NCBI GenBank assembly: GCA_951406725.2
Contig: OX597835.1
Coordinates: forward strand, 15,562,001 to 15,626,000
Direction of reading: 5' to 3'
DNA from: Octopus vulgaris
Lineage: Eukaryota
Length of the DNA: 64,000 nucleotides
The notes below the pieces were generated by a model. The model did not search any database, was not told the DNA's origin, and saw only the letters and a list, made by a program, of their open reading frames with translations. Shown in pieces: positions 38,485-50,140 of this stretch (position 1 is the first letter of the stretch; every line of letters starts with the position of its first letter). The translations under genes and the position numbers were made by a program.

Positions 38485-38607
38485 GATAGTTTAGTGAAAC
38501 AAGGGCAGACAACACATCAGGCGGATCAACTCCTCACCAATGCTGATAAAATGGCTAACTCTGTATATTATGATGTTCGACTAGCTATTAATTTTATTCA
38601 AGAACAG
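38485..38607 (+). CDS. UBR4: UBR4 exon 22: DSLVKQGQTTHQADQLL...YYDVRLAINFIQEQ
   Basis: ctttcag|...|gtgatg; DxLxKQG and YDV conserved. Confidence 0.92.
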
Positions 38608-39099
38608 GTGATGATTTTATTAACTTATTTTTGAATTTCAAATTCAACTTTTCCTTCTTTTTATACATGTTCATTCACTAAAGTACTAATAAGGAAACAT
38701 GTTAACTATTTCATATTGCTTATACTTTAAAAAATGATACTTCAAAAAATGTATGAAGTTTAGTTGATACTTTAGTTGATACTTAAATGATACTTTAAAA
38801 AATGAATGAAGTTTAGTTGCTATTTCCATCACTTTGAGGCAGAGTGTGGCAGTTCTGCCACATTGGCTGAATCAGTGAAGTGTGATTTGACATTGCACAA
38901 ATCTATTTTAAACATAATACATTCACATAGTATTTTTAGCAATTTAGCTGCTGATTCAATATCCATCACAAAAGAAACTGTAAATGCAGCTGATCTGTTC
39001 AGTCATAAAAACCTAAAGTAGGGAGTATCCTGCAAATATATCTGTTAAACATTATATGTCAGTTTTATTTCTATTTCTTTTATATTTCAACCGAAATAG

Positions 39100-39237
39100 A
39101 TGACTAGCTTCCCTGCTGTTGATCACCGGACTATTCTTTCTTCTAATGATCTTCCTGGACTATCTTCAATTTTAATGCTTGATGCTGTTGTTGCCAAAGT
39201 CCAAATCTCTTTGGATGAAATCTTTACAAAGGCTATG
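39100..39237 (+). CDS. UBR4: UBR4 exon 23: MTSFPAVDHRTILSSNDLPGLSSILMLDAVVAKVQISLDEIFTKAM
   Basis: aatag|...|gtaagt; LDAxxxKVQxSLDE conserved. Confidence 0.92.
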
Positions 39238-40414
39238 GTAAGTTGGATATTCTGTTATTTATATTTCAGCTTTATTTGACGCTAGCATAACAGTCCGGCA
39301 GAATCATTGGACTGTTGGCCAAAATGCTTTATTTGTTTTGGTTCTTTGTTCCAAGTCATTGCCGGTCATTGTGTCAGGCACCCAGAAGAACTTCAGTGTC
39401 AATGGCTGTCTGTTGAAGGCAAAAATCAAACTGGAGGGAAGAAAATATCTAACTTCTTTGGACAGCTAGCTTCAGAACAGTGGAATAGCAAATTTTGATG
39501 AATTAAGAACATGTACGGGGGACTGTGATGGATGGTGTGCTCACATGAAATCATTGAAGCATCTGGTAGGATGGCCAAGACTAAACTAAACTTATGTTCT
39601 GAGTTCAAATCTCACCGATGTTAGTTTTGCTTTCCATCACTTAAAAATATGATGACCGCATACACTTGCTGGCTTCTAGTATGCGGATCTTTCAACTGGC
39701 AGCACTTGCATGTGCAAGTTGTTTGCAAAACATTTAAGGTCGATTAAATACGGTACCAATCAGTTACTGAGATCAGTGATATCAACTACCCCCCCCCTCA
39801 CTTAAAATTGTTTTCCTTGTTCTTAAACTAAAAACTGTTATATGAAGCTGGTGTAAAACAAAGAATCCAATTTGATTGATACATTCTATTTGTATTTTAA
39901 AGCAAAATACTTATAGTGACATAAACTATAAGTATTTGTATTGACATTCTTACCCTTAAAATCATTTGTCTGTATGTGTATGGAAATTTGAAAGGTCATT
40001 GGAGTCTGACACACACTACTCTATGGCTCTAAAATACTGTGACACGTCTCTGAAATCTGAAGACTGTTCATATTATGTGGATCTAGCATTAAACTGACAA
40101 TTCATGTTTTTCCATGATGTGCATTCCCCCCATATTTTGTGATTTCCAGTGCCTTGAAACACATCACTTGTGCTGACTCCAATGCCAACTATTCTGTGCT
40201 CTTCAACTTATTTCGTCAGCTCTTATATAAAATCAACACATTGTTTTTGTTTGTGTTTTTCTAATCAATCTGATTTTAGTAATATTTTGTATACTCAGAT
40301 TTTTAAAACCCTTCTAACTTTTTTATTATATTTTTTAAAAACTCTTTATATTATTAAGTTTTCAATATCAGCCATTTGAAACTTGGCAGCTTTTTTTAAT
40401 TAAAAAAATAATTA

Positions 40415-40418
<4 letters not shown>

Positions 40419-40460
<42 letters not shown>
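40419..40460. repeat. (TA)n microsatellite
   Basis: Directly visible. Other TA/TG tracts lie near 935-970, 9008-9042, 9255-9290, 13741-13765, 26250-26275 and 35896-35932. Confidence 0.95.
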
Positions 40461-40461
<1 letters not shown>

Positions 40462-40597
40462 CGGGAAGCTTTATGAAAATAAACAAAAGACGAAGGCAGG
40501 TTTACGGAATATATATATCATTGAGATTAAAATATCTATAATTTAGAAAATTACTATTTTTAAATCTCACAATGAGAGATATTCAGCAACAGTACTT

Positions 40598-40868
40598 TGT
40601 AGTAAAGATTGTTTTCCAACATAGCATGGCTTAGGATGAAAGTTTCTGTAATTTAGCCCCATGAGACATGACATCGTCTCCAGCTGGCTATACAACACGA
40701 TCTGTGTCCTTATATTTCCTTATATTTTCGAAAATATTGTTCGAAAGTATAAGGACACAGATCGTGTCGTATAGCCAGCTGGAGATGATGTCTCCTGGGG
40801 CTAAATTACAGCGACATTCGTCCTAAACCAGGACTGCCATGTTATGTTGGCAACCAATCTTTACTACA
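40598..40868. repeat. Long foldback (palindromic MITE-like element), arms about 130 bp
   Basis: Termini TGTAGTAAAGATTG / CAATCTTTACTACA; perfect inverted blocks of 16, 17 and 20 bp. Confidence 0.9.
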
Positions 40869-41183
40869 TATATAATCTAAATATTAAAAGCAATAAATAA
40901 AATAAAATGTTACTATCCCATTTATTCTCCACATTCAGCAACCTTTCTGTGTCTCCCTTCCACCTTCCCTTAATTCCATCTGGATCTATCACATTACCTC
41001 TCTCTCTCTCTCTCTCTCAACATTAAAGGTGATCTTTTAGCACCTGACTTATTTTAACAAGACAAAATGTTTTCAAACCCAGATTAAAATAATTTGCTGT
41101 ATGATGTTTTACATAAGAACTTCTTGTCTGATGAATTTTCAATATTTAAAAAAATTCTTTTTCGTTTTCAAAATCTAAAATAG

Positions 41184-41275
41184 GCTGATCCTGATCCCTA
41201 CAAATCAATGGTAATTGCTTGGGACTTAGTCCCTTCTGCTTTTCGTTTAGTAGAAGTTTACACAGTTTTTGTCAG
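41184..41275 (+). CDS. UBR4: UBR4 exon 24: ADPDPYKSMVIAWDLVPSAFRLVEVYTVFV
   Basis: aatag|...|gtatgt; aligns to human AETDPHKS. Confidence 0.9.
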
Positions 41276-41386
41276 GTATGTTCCATATTTTAACACCTAA
41301 TTTGAAATGTCGTTAATCTTGATATCTTATTTATTGTAATTTATTTTGAAATAACAAATTTATAAATTTATTTATTTGCACGTTAG

Positions 41387-41606
41387 ATCTTGTATTCTGG
41401 GACAAGTGGCTCAAACAGGAGATATTGAGTTGACTCAACACATGCTTGAAGCGTATGGTACTGCCATCAGTATTGGTTCTAGCCATTCCTCTGCAGTGTC
41501 TATGCTAGGACTGGGGATTTTCAACTGTCTGCCGGCTCCCATCAAAAATGCTATCGAAAAGTGGAACAACAGTAGTGGCAATGAATTCCCTACTATAGGA
41601 GCCTGG
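41387..41606 (+). CDS. UBR4: UBR4 exon 25: RSCILGQV...ISIGSS...KWNNSSGNEFPTIGAW
   Basis: cgttag|...|gtgagt; WNN...NEFPxIGxW conserved. Confidence 0.95.
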
Positions 41607-42760
41607 GTGAGTTGAAAGCCTTTCACATCTATTTTGATTTGATTATTTCCGTGCTTAGTTTTATATTTGTGCAATAATTGCTTCTGCGATTCATGTGATT
41701 TGTATTTTAGAAAGTATTTATTGTATTTTTATAGCTGTCTTTGCCAGGTCTGTCTTTGTGTTTTTTGAATGTGTGTGTGTGTGTGTGTGTGCAAATGTGT
41801 TTGTGTAATTGAATGTTTCTTAATTTTATCATTAATGTGAGTGTGGAGGTGCTTTGAAAATACCTCATGCAGTGCTGACCATACCCTGCATAGTTACAAG
41901 TTGCCCTTTGGCTAGGTATAGCACCTGTTCAGCTACCCTGCCAGGGGTATAGTGAAGTCATGGGACTGCAGTATGGGGGATTGCGAAGAGGCAGCGGAAG
42001 AGCTCAACTGAGCTAATGGTGCTTCTTTCATTGATGCTGAGCCGAGGAATCCTAGATCAATGGTCAGGATCATCAAAATCTATCAAGAGAGTAACTGCAA
42101 TGCATCCATGGTTGTGTAATTAGCTAATGTTCCCAATTCAGATTTGTAATAATGGAATTGGATGGTGTCAGTCATGGGAATCTGCGAAAACAGCAACAAA
42201 AAAACCTTAGTATGTATATTCATTGACTTGTGTAATCTTGACAAGGGCACATGTTTCATAGGACTGTCACACATGGTTTATAGGGTCCCTAACTACTCTC
42301 TACATTTACACCTTTACCCCCTCCATCCACCCATTATGGTTTTTCTATTATTGCTCTCGCTTTCTCTTGAGTGGAGAAAGCGTAGGAATGTGAGGTTCTC
42401 TTAGTCCTTCCTTGATGAGGACCTATCAGCCCCTCTCTAGCATTGGTGCCACAAAAAATGCTTCCTGTACATGCTGTAGAGAGAGTCGTTCAGCAATAGA
42501 AATGAAACCCAATGACATGTATGAGCAAGAGCAACAAAAGCAGTTACTCTTCGTAAGAAATGGCTTGGACCACAACAACTTATCCAACATGGAAAGCAAA
42601 CATAAAATAATGATGAGAGGAAAAATTGCTTTGAAATATTACTTCTCAATTTAAGTAATTAGAAATATTAGAAATGATTTTTGGAAGTTCTAAAGTAGTT
42701 TCAGTTTCCAATATTTTTATAAACCAAAACTTATTATTATTAATTTTGTTTTTCTCCTAG

Positions 42761-42842
42761 CGTAATGCATTTGCTAATGACATCATTCCTTCAGAAAGTT
42801 ATATTGATGTGATCCACAGTGCACATATTGGGACATTATCAG
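42761..42842 (+). CDS. UBR4: UBR4 exon 26: RNAFANDIIPSESYIDVIHSAHIGTLS
   Basis: ctcctag|...|gtagga; RNAFANDxIPSESYI near-identical to recalled human sequence. Confidence 0.96.
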
Positions 42843-42934
42843 GTAGGAATTTTATTTTTTTTTCCTGTCACATTCTGCTTGTTAATTCTATTTAAAATAC
42901 TATAATTTTCTGAAATGTCCCTCTATCATACCCT

Positions 42935-43312
42935 TTTTACCCTTTTACCCTTTTACTTGTTTCAGTCATTTGACTGCGGCCATGCTGGAGCACCGCCTTT
43001 AGTCGAGCAAATCGACCCCGGGACTTATTCTTTGTAAGCCCAGTACTCATTCTATCGGTCTCTTTTGCCGAACCGCTAAGTGACGGGGACGTAAACACAC
43101 CAGCATCGGTTGTCAAGCAATGCTAGGGGGACAAACACAGACACACAAACACATACACACACACATATATATATACATATATACGACAGGCTTCTTTCAG
43201 TTTCCGTCTACCAAATCCACTCACAAGGCATTGGTGGGCCCGGGGCTATAGCAGAAGACACTTGCCCAAGATGCCACGCAGTGGGACTGAACCCGGAACC
43301 ATGTGGTTGGTT
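42935..43312 (-). mobile_element. Young SINE family A, minus strand
   Basis: Reverse complement of 17052-17460, slightly 5'-truncated. Confidence 0.9.
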
Positions 43313-44242
43313 AGCACCCCCACTTAGTTGATGGATCTTGTCTTGTGGGTACTTGGTGACGTCACCAGTGCTGGAGAATTCAGTGCATGAAAAAAGAACT
43401 CAGTACACTCTGCGAAGTGGTTGGCATTAGGAAAGGCATAAAGGCATCTGGCTGTAGAAATCATGCCAAAGCAGACACTGGAGCTTGGCCCAGCCCTCTG
43501 GCTCTTCTGTTCACGTCAAATTGTCCAACCCATATTAGCATGAAAAAAAGGGATGTTAAATGATGGCGATGATAGTCTGGCATGGCTGTGTGGTAAGGGA
43601 CTTGCTTCCCAACTATATGGTTCAAGGTTCAGTCCCACTGTGTGACACCTTGGACAAGTATCTTCTACTATAGCCTCAGACCAAACAAAGACTTGTGAGT
43701 GCAGGCGTTAGGAAGGGCATCCAGCTGTAGAAACTCTGCCAGATCAGATTGGAGCCTGGTGCAGCCATCTGGTTCGCCAGTTCTCAGTCAAATCGTCCAA
43801 CCCATGCTAGCATGGAAAGTGGACATTAAACGACGATGATGATATAAATATATCTGTATGTGAGAGAGAGTGAAAGACTAAGTCCCTCACCATTGCTTGA
43901 CAACAGGTGTTGGTGTGTTTACATCCCTGTAACTTAGCAGTTTGACAAAAGTCACTGATAGAATAAGTACCAGGTTTAAAAAAATAAGTACTGGGGTCGA
44001 TTCATTCGACTAAAAAATTCTCCAAGACAGTGCCCCAGCGTGGCCACAGTCTAATGACTGAAACAAGTAAAAGATAAAGATATCTTGCCTGGAAATTCTA
44101 AGTAACTTCCTACAAACAACCCAGATTTTTCATTGCTATTTTAAACATCATTTTCATATTTTTCTTTGTAATAATTAAATTTTTATAGTTTAAATTTAGA
44201 TTTTAATTTTGTTACTTTCATTTTTTCCTCCACAATACCAAG

Positions 44243-44321
44243 GTCAAAGTCAGTTTTCTGTGAATAGTTCCCTTCGCCATGTACTTCAAGCATTAGTGCG
44301 CTTCTGTGGTGATATTGTCAA
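44243..44321 (+). CDS. UBR4: UBR4 exon 27: GQSQFSVNSSLRHVLQALVRFCGDIV
   Basis: Non-consensus AAG acceptor is required for frame; gtaagt donor; SLxHxLxxLVRxxGD conserved. Confidence 0.85.
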
Positions 44322-44950
44322 GTAAGTTTTTAAACTTAAATTCTATTAAATAAAAAAAATTAAAAAAGACAAAAAATCTCATTTTTCTCTGTTGCTGTGT
44401 GCAGGATTTCATAGATTGTGATGACCAATTCGCTTCATACCTGTATGAAAAAGACAAATGTAAAAAGGATGGAGGTGGAGGTGATGATTATAATGAGGAT
44501 GGTGTGTGTGTGTGTGTGTGCTGATGTCGATTGATGTGTCATGTATGATAAAAATGGTGAAATTTAATTGTTCAATATCATTAACTAAAACCCTTGAAAG
44601 CAGTGCTCCAGTGTGGCCACAGTGCAGTGGCTTAAATCAGTAAAAGAAATGCCAAGACAAATAACCAGTGTTTGCATAAAAAAAAAAATTCTATTTTAAA
44701 TACCCACCTAAATTGATTTCAAATTTTGGCACAAGGCCAGCAATTTTGGGGAGGGGGTCAGTCAGTTGCATCGACCCCCTCCTCCACCCCTACTTGACTG
44801 GTACTTATTTTATTGATGCTGAAAGGATGAAAGGCAAAGTTGGCGTTGACAGAATTTGAACTCAGTACCTGAAGGGGTTGGTTAAAACAATGGTGATAGA
44901 AAACTATTATAAGTTTAAAATATTTGTATATATTTTTATTTCCACTCTAG

Positions 44951-45041
44951 TTGGTGTCCAGAAACAACCGGGAATAACAAATATGTCAAGGCACTGTTTC
45001 CATTACTGTTTGATGCTTCAACAGAATATTTGGTTGACATG
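44951..45041 (+). CDS. UBR4: UBR4 exon 28: NWCPETTGNNKYVKALFPLLFDASTEYLVDM
   Basis: ctctag|...|gtaggt; PLL..STE conserved. Confidence 0.92.
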
Positions 45042-45583
45042 GTAGGTTCCTTATATTTTTACTTCATTTACACAGATAAGGGAAATTATCTGAAATAATT
45101 CAAAATGTGTTAGTCTTCTGCATGTACCAATTAAAATATACAACTGTGATCTTCCGCATCTAGATGTTCTCTTAGTTTTAATCTCAACAATTAGCTCCCG
45201 CAAAATGTTGAATTAGTAAATTTAGAAAATAACATAAATGTATTAAAAATACGTTTTTTTCTTTATGAGAGTTCCAATAAAAGAATCTAAATTTTTGTTT
45301 ATATAACCCTTTTACTACCATATTGTTAAAATACGCTGCTTTTGACTCGATCAGTTTTTACCACCACATACCCTTTGAAGGTCTTTTGTAGGGTTCATTC
45401 AGTTGTAAATATTGGGGCTAAGATTCCAGACAGAAGATATTGTGGTTTTTGTCTTCCTTTTATCCCTTCAGACTGCAAATATCATTGATGATATCCTTTA
45501 AACCCTAAAATACAAAAATGTGTACATAACCTTCTGAGATGCATACAGTTTTTATTCCATTCATTTCTATTTATTTATTTTAG

Positions 45584-45705
45584 GTAACAATGTCATTGGA
45601 AAGATTTCTTGGTGAAGGAGAAGGGGAGAAATTCATCATGAAAACTTACCTGTATGTACTGGAAGTTTGTCAAGAGCTTCTCATTGAATATACAAATGAA
45701 TTAAG
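45584..45705 (+). CDS. UBR4: UBR4 exon 29: VTMSLERFLGEGEGEKFIMKTY...YTNEL
   Basis: ttttag|...|gtatgt; SLERxLG conserved. Confidence 0.92.
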
Positions 45706-46498
45706 GTATGTATACCTGAATACATAGTAGAACTTATCAGTATTCCTGCATGGACATTTTATTATAAGTAATATTGTGATTTCAGTTTTTAGTTTTATTG
45801 GTGGAAGGCATGGCTGTGTGGTTGTTTGCTTCCCAACCACTTGGTTTCAATCTCATTGTGTGGCACCTTGGGCAAGTGTCTTTTTTTTTTACAGCCCCTG
45901 GTGAACCAAAGCCTTGTGAGTGGATTTGGTTGACAGATGCTGTAAAAAGACCATACTATATGTGTTTGTCTGGCCATGGGGTGGAAATATTACCTTGCTT
46001 GGAAACAGGTGAAGGTTGGTGATAAGAATGGCTTCTGGCTGTAGAAAATCTGCTTCAACAAATTTCATCCAACCCTTGCTAGCAGGGAAAAGTGGATTTT
46101 AAAATGATGATGATGGAGGGAAATTGTGTGTTTCAGCAGCAGCATCTTATCTCCACCACCACCACCACCACCGTCATCATCTGTCTGTTTTCCATGCTGG
46201 CATGGGTTAGATAGTTAGACAAAAGGAGCTTGAGCAACTCTCTGGTTGGCCTGCTCCTTTCACTTTTGGCATGGTTTCTATGGCTAGATGCCCTTCCTAA
46301 TGCCAGTAACTTCACACAGTGTGCTGGGTGCTTTTGTTTTTTACATGGCACCTGCATGAGTGCTTTGATACAAAAAATACTGTTTTAATGGATCTGTAAT
46401 TAGGAACAGAATATTAGTAGATATTTTATTTTAGCTGTTTATATTTTCTGTATAAATAATTCAATGTCATTATCTTGTTTGTATCTTCTTTTTCTCAG

Positions 46499-46605
46499 TG
46501 GCTTGGATGAAAAAATATTTGTGGACTGCTTGAAATTCATGGATAGTCACCTTGAAAAAACTGCTGGAAAAAAAGCTTTTGAAAAATTTTATATTGAAAC
46601 AGGAG
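46499..46605 (+). CDS. UBR4: UBR4 exon 30: SGLDEKIFVDCLKFMDSHLEKTAGKKAFEKFYIETG
   Basis: tttctcag|...|gtaaaa; SGLDE...CL conserved. Confidence 0.93.
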
Positions 46606-47456
46606 GTAAAATAGTTTTCATTTCTAAAACATTATTTACATAGACTGCAGAAATATGTCTGAACTTAACTTAGCCATTGTTCCACAGCAACAGCCAATGC
46701 TTATTTATCTACAGACATCAGTTCCTGGTCGCATGTTTTTGTGTGAAATGATGTATTACAGAAATCATTACAGACTCATGATGCAAACCTCTACTGGGTT
46801 TTTTTCCTATACAACATAAGGAAATTTGACTTGAAGATTTACATTTATTTATTGTTATATCAGCTAACCCCTTTTACATGCTAGAGCTGTTGTAATGAAA
46901 TCTTATATTATGGAGTTGAACTGTAAATTATTTTATCCAGAAAACTTGGCTTAATTGAAATAGGACAAGTTTTAGGGTAGGATCATGTAAAAGAGGCTAA
47001 TGGAACAAGATTTGTAGACAGTTAATTATATTTTGAACCTTTTTGCTGCTGAAATCAGATATATCCACTCAAAATTTCATTACTCTCAATTGCAGAAAAC
47101 AGTTTATATCATTGTTTAACGTCTGCTTTCCATGCCGGCATGGGTTGGATGGTTTGACATGTAGCTGGCCGGCTGGGAGCTGTCCAGATTACAATTGTCT
47201 ATATATCGTTTATATGCTAGTCGTATCTTTTGTTGAGGAATGTCGTGTTTGAAACTACTTTCTGTTGAGACATGTCAAGTTTAGTGAAGCAGTGTGACTT
47301 GCAGAAAATACCAATTGTATTTTGTGGAAGATATTTAATATCATCATTACTGGAATAACCATAAAATTTAACTTCACAGCAAAAGGGTTAAACAAAACTA
47401 TCAAATATGCAACGACATATTTTTGATGTGTTTATTAAACTAATTTTTCATTTCAG

Positions 47457-47546
47457 ATTTATGTGGTCTGCTTCTGGCTGCTGCTAATTTATCACCCCAG
47501 TTTGCAACAAAGATTTTGAAGTTTTTCAATAAATTATTCATGCTTG
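47457..47546 (+). CDS. UBR4: UBR4 exon 31: DLCGLLLAAANLSPQFATKILKFFNKLFML
   Basis: tttcag|...|gtgagt; LKFFxKLF conserved. Confidence 0.93.
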
Positions 47547-47804
47547 GTGAGTAGACACAAATTATTTTGTCTGAATTAAATTAACACTTCAGCATTTACA
47601 CCAGCCTCATCCAGCCTATATATTCTCCTTGTTTTGTGTTAAAACTGACCAGATCCTACCTCCCACACCTGTTCTACAATGTTATTCTGAAATAGTCATA
47701 TTATCGAAATGTTGAAGTTACGACATAATGTATAATTAATTCAGAATAATTATCTGGTTTGGAAATTTTAGTAATGTAATTGTTTATTGTTAGAATGATA
47801 TGAG

Positions 47805-48105
47805 TGGGCACGTAAAAGCACCATCCGTTCGTGTCAGTTGCCAGCCTCACCTGGCCCCCGTGCCGGTGACACGTAAAAGCACCATCCGTTCGTGGCTGCT
47901 TGCCAGCTCTGTCTGGCACCTGTGCGGGTGGCACGTAAAAAGCACCCACTACACTCACGGAGTGGTTGGCGTTAGGAAGGGCATCCAGCCGTAGAAACAC
48001 AGCCAGATCTGACTGGGCCTGACGAAGCCTTCCAGCTTCACAGACCCCAGTTGAACCGTCCAACCCATGCTAGCATGGAAAGCGGACGCTAAATGATGAT
48101 GATGT
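47805..48105 (+). mobile_element. Young family B element
   Basis: Near-identical to 61777-61990; (GAT)n tail. Confidence 0.85.
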
Positions 48106-48261
48106 TGTTGTAAGGTAAGTGTGAGGGGCCAGTTTGAACATAAAACAGGTAAAATATTTGGGCTGGATATGGCCAAAAGGGATATATGCTAAAGGGTTAA
48201 AACCAGGGGAATTATATTTCCTTTGAATTATATTCTTTTTTTTTTTTTTAAATATTTTCAG

Positions 48262-48383
48262 CTGAAAAAAATCCAAATGACAAAGACTATGAATCCTTGT
48301 GTGGTTGCTTAACAAAATTGGCCTCGGTTGACATAGCAACACTACAGACGTGGTTATGGAAAATTGCTTTGACTACACCCCAG
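48262..48383 (+). CDS. UBR4: UBR4 exon 32: AEKNPNDKDYESLCGCLTKLASVDIATLQTWLWKIALTTPQ
   Basis: ttttcag|...|gtaact; EKxPN, LCG and LQxWL conserved. Confidence 0.93.
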
Positions 48384-48706
48384 GTAACTTTCTCTTTTAC
48401 TTAAGCATGGCCAGTTTACTAAGTTATAGAACTTTGGTTTGTTCCGTGTTTTTCTGTTAAAACCCTTAACTCTTTAGTGTTAAGTTATTCTGTTAAATGT
48501 AATACTTCTTCATTCAAATTCATCATCATCAACTTGAATTAATCATGCATTATCTTATAGCTTTGAGGTTTCAATAATGTCACTATTTGTTTTTAGAGTG
48601 TCAATGTAGGGTAGGTGTGAAAGGCTAGATATCACCAATTTGAATATAAAACATGCAGAATATTTGAGCTGGATGTGGCCGGTTCAAACACTAAAGGGTT
48701 AATGTA

Positions 48707-48922
48707 CAAGAGGGTGCTGAAAAGTTCCTGGTTTTAAGCGTATTATGAAAGGCCTGGTTGGAGGCCCAACTTTCCGAGTACTTTTACAGGGCTTAGGAAA
48801 ACCGAATGACCTCTTCAATAAGTGTGAATCTGAGAGGGGATTATGTTGGATAAAATCATAATTAACTGATCCGCCACTATTCTCTTTTACCCAACACCAA
48901 GAACTTTTCAGTACCCACTCAT
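48707..48922. mobile_element. mariner-like MITE
   Basis: Imperfect TIRs gagggtgctgaaaagttcctgg / ccaagaacttttcagtacccactc, with TA at the flanks. Confidence 0.65.
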
Positions 48923-48973
48923 ATATACCTAATGACTTGATCTGGCCTAAATATATACAGTAATCCCTCGACT

Positions 48974-49358
48974 GTGGAGGCGCAATGGCCCAGTGGTTAG
49001 GGCAGCGGACTCGCGGTCATAGGATCGAGGTTTCGATTCCCAGACCGGGCGTTGTGAGTGTTTATTGAGCGAAAACACCTAAAGCTCCACGAGGCTCCGG
49101 CAGGGGATGGTGGTGATCCCTGCTGTACTCTTTCACCACAACTTTCTCTCACTCTTACCTCCTGTTTCTGTTGTACCTGTATTTCAAAGGGCCGGCCTTG
49201 TCACTTTCTGTGTCATGCTGAATATCCCCGAGAACTACGTTAAGGGTACACGTGTCTGTGGAGTGCTCAGCCACTTACACGTTAATTTTACGAGCAGGCT
49301 GTTCCGTTGATTCGGATCAACCGGAACCCTCGTTGTCGTAACCGACGGAGTGCTTCCA
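48974..49358 (+). mobile_element. Young SINE family E with 13-bp TSD, inserted in a Tc1/Tigger-like terminus
   Basis: TSD TAATCCCTCGACT at 48961-48973 and 49359-49371; A box tggcccagtgg and B-box-like ggtttcgattccc; host reads TA|CAGTAATCCCTCGACTATCGC. Confidence 0.9.
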
Positions 49359-49596
49359 TAATCCCTCGACTATCGCAGGAGTTACATTCCACCCCCTCCA
49401 CCCCCATGATAGGTGAAAATCTGAGAAGTAGAAACAATACTCTGCTGTATATTTTTTTAAAATTATTTTTTACAATTTGTATATATTTTATTATAAATGC
49501 AAAACTAGAACTAAAAAAAATATATTAGAAAATTATTTTAAACATATTTTCAAATTCAGTACTTAGTGTTAAATGAAAAAAACTTAACTATTTTAG

Positions 49597-49676
49597 GATT
49601 CTACTGAAGAAGCTGCAATGAAAGAAAACAGAATGCTGCTACAGAGCCTGACTGGGTTCTTTGTTAAAGATAAAAG
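49597..49676 (+). CDS. UBR4: UBR4 exon 33: DSTEEAAMKENRMLLQSLTGFFVKDK
   Basis: ttttag|...|gtaaag; ENRxLLQxLT conserved. Confidence 0.93.
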
Positions 49677-49844
49677 GTAAAGAGTTTATTTGAATCATTT
49701 CTGTGTTCCTCAATGCTTTCATTTTGTTTAATCAAACGACTATTCTCTTTTGCATATATTTTTTTCACTTTCAGCTGATTCACTTACTTCAGTTAATATA
49801 TATATATGTGTGTGTGTGTATATATATATATATATGTGTGTGTG

Positions 49845-50140
49845 TGGAGGCGCAATGGCCCAGTGGTTAGGGCAGCGGACTCGCGGTCGTAGGATCGTGG
49901 TTTCGATTCCCAGACCGAGCGTTGTGAGTGTTTATTGAGCGAAAACACCTAAAAGCTCCACGAGGCTCCAGCAGGGGGGGGGGCGACCCCTGTTGTACTC
50001 TTTCACCACTCTTTCTTCTGTTGGCCTGCTCGCTTAGCCAGTGGGGTGGCGTCATTCGAAGACTAAAACAATGCAAACGCATTGTGACCAGCGATGTGTA
50101 ACTACATCTGATGGACTGGTCGGTCACGTGATCACGTGAT
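49845..50140 (+). mobile_element. SINE with family E head and a different 3' tail
   Basis: First about 160 bp match the 48974 copy; an unrelated tail ends ggtcacgtgatcacgtgat; embedded in TA/TG repeats. Confidence 0.8.

Noticed and set aside
48974-49050. tRNA-like sequence with A and B boxes
   Set aside because: It is the head of a SINE (attached tail, TSD, multiple copies), not a tRNA gene.
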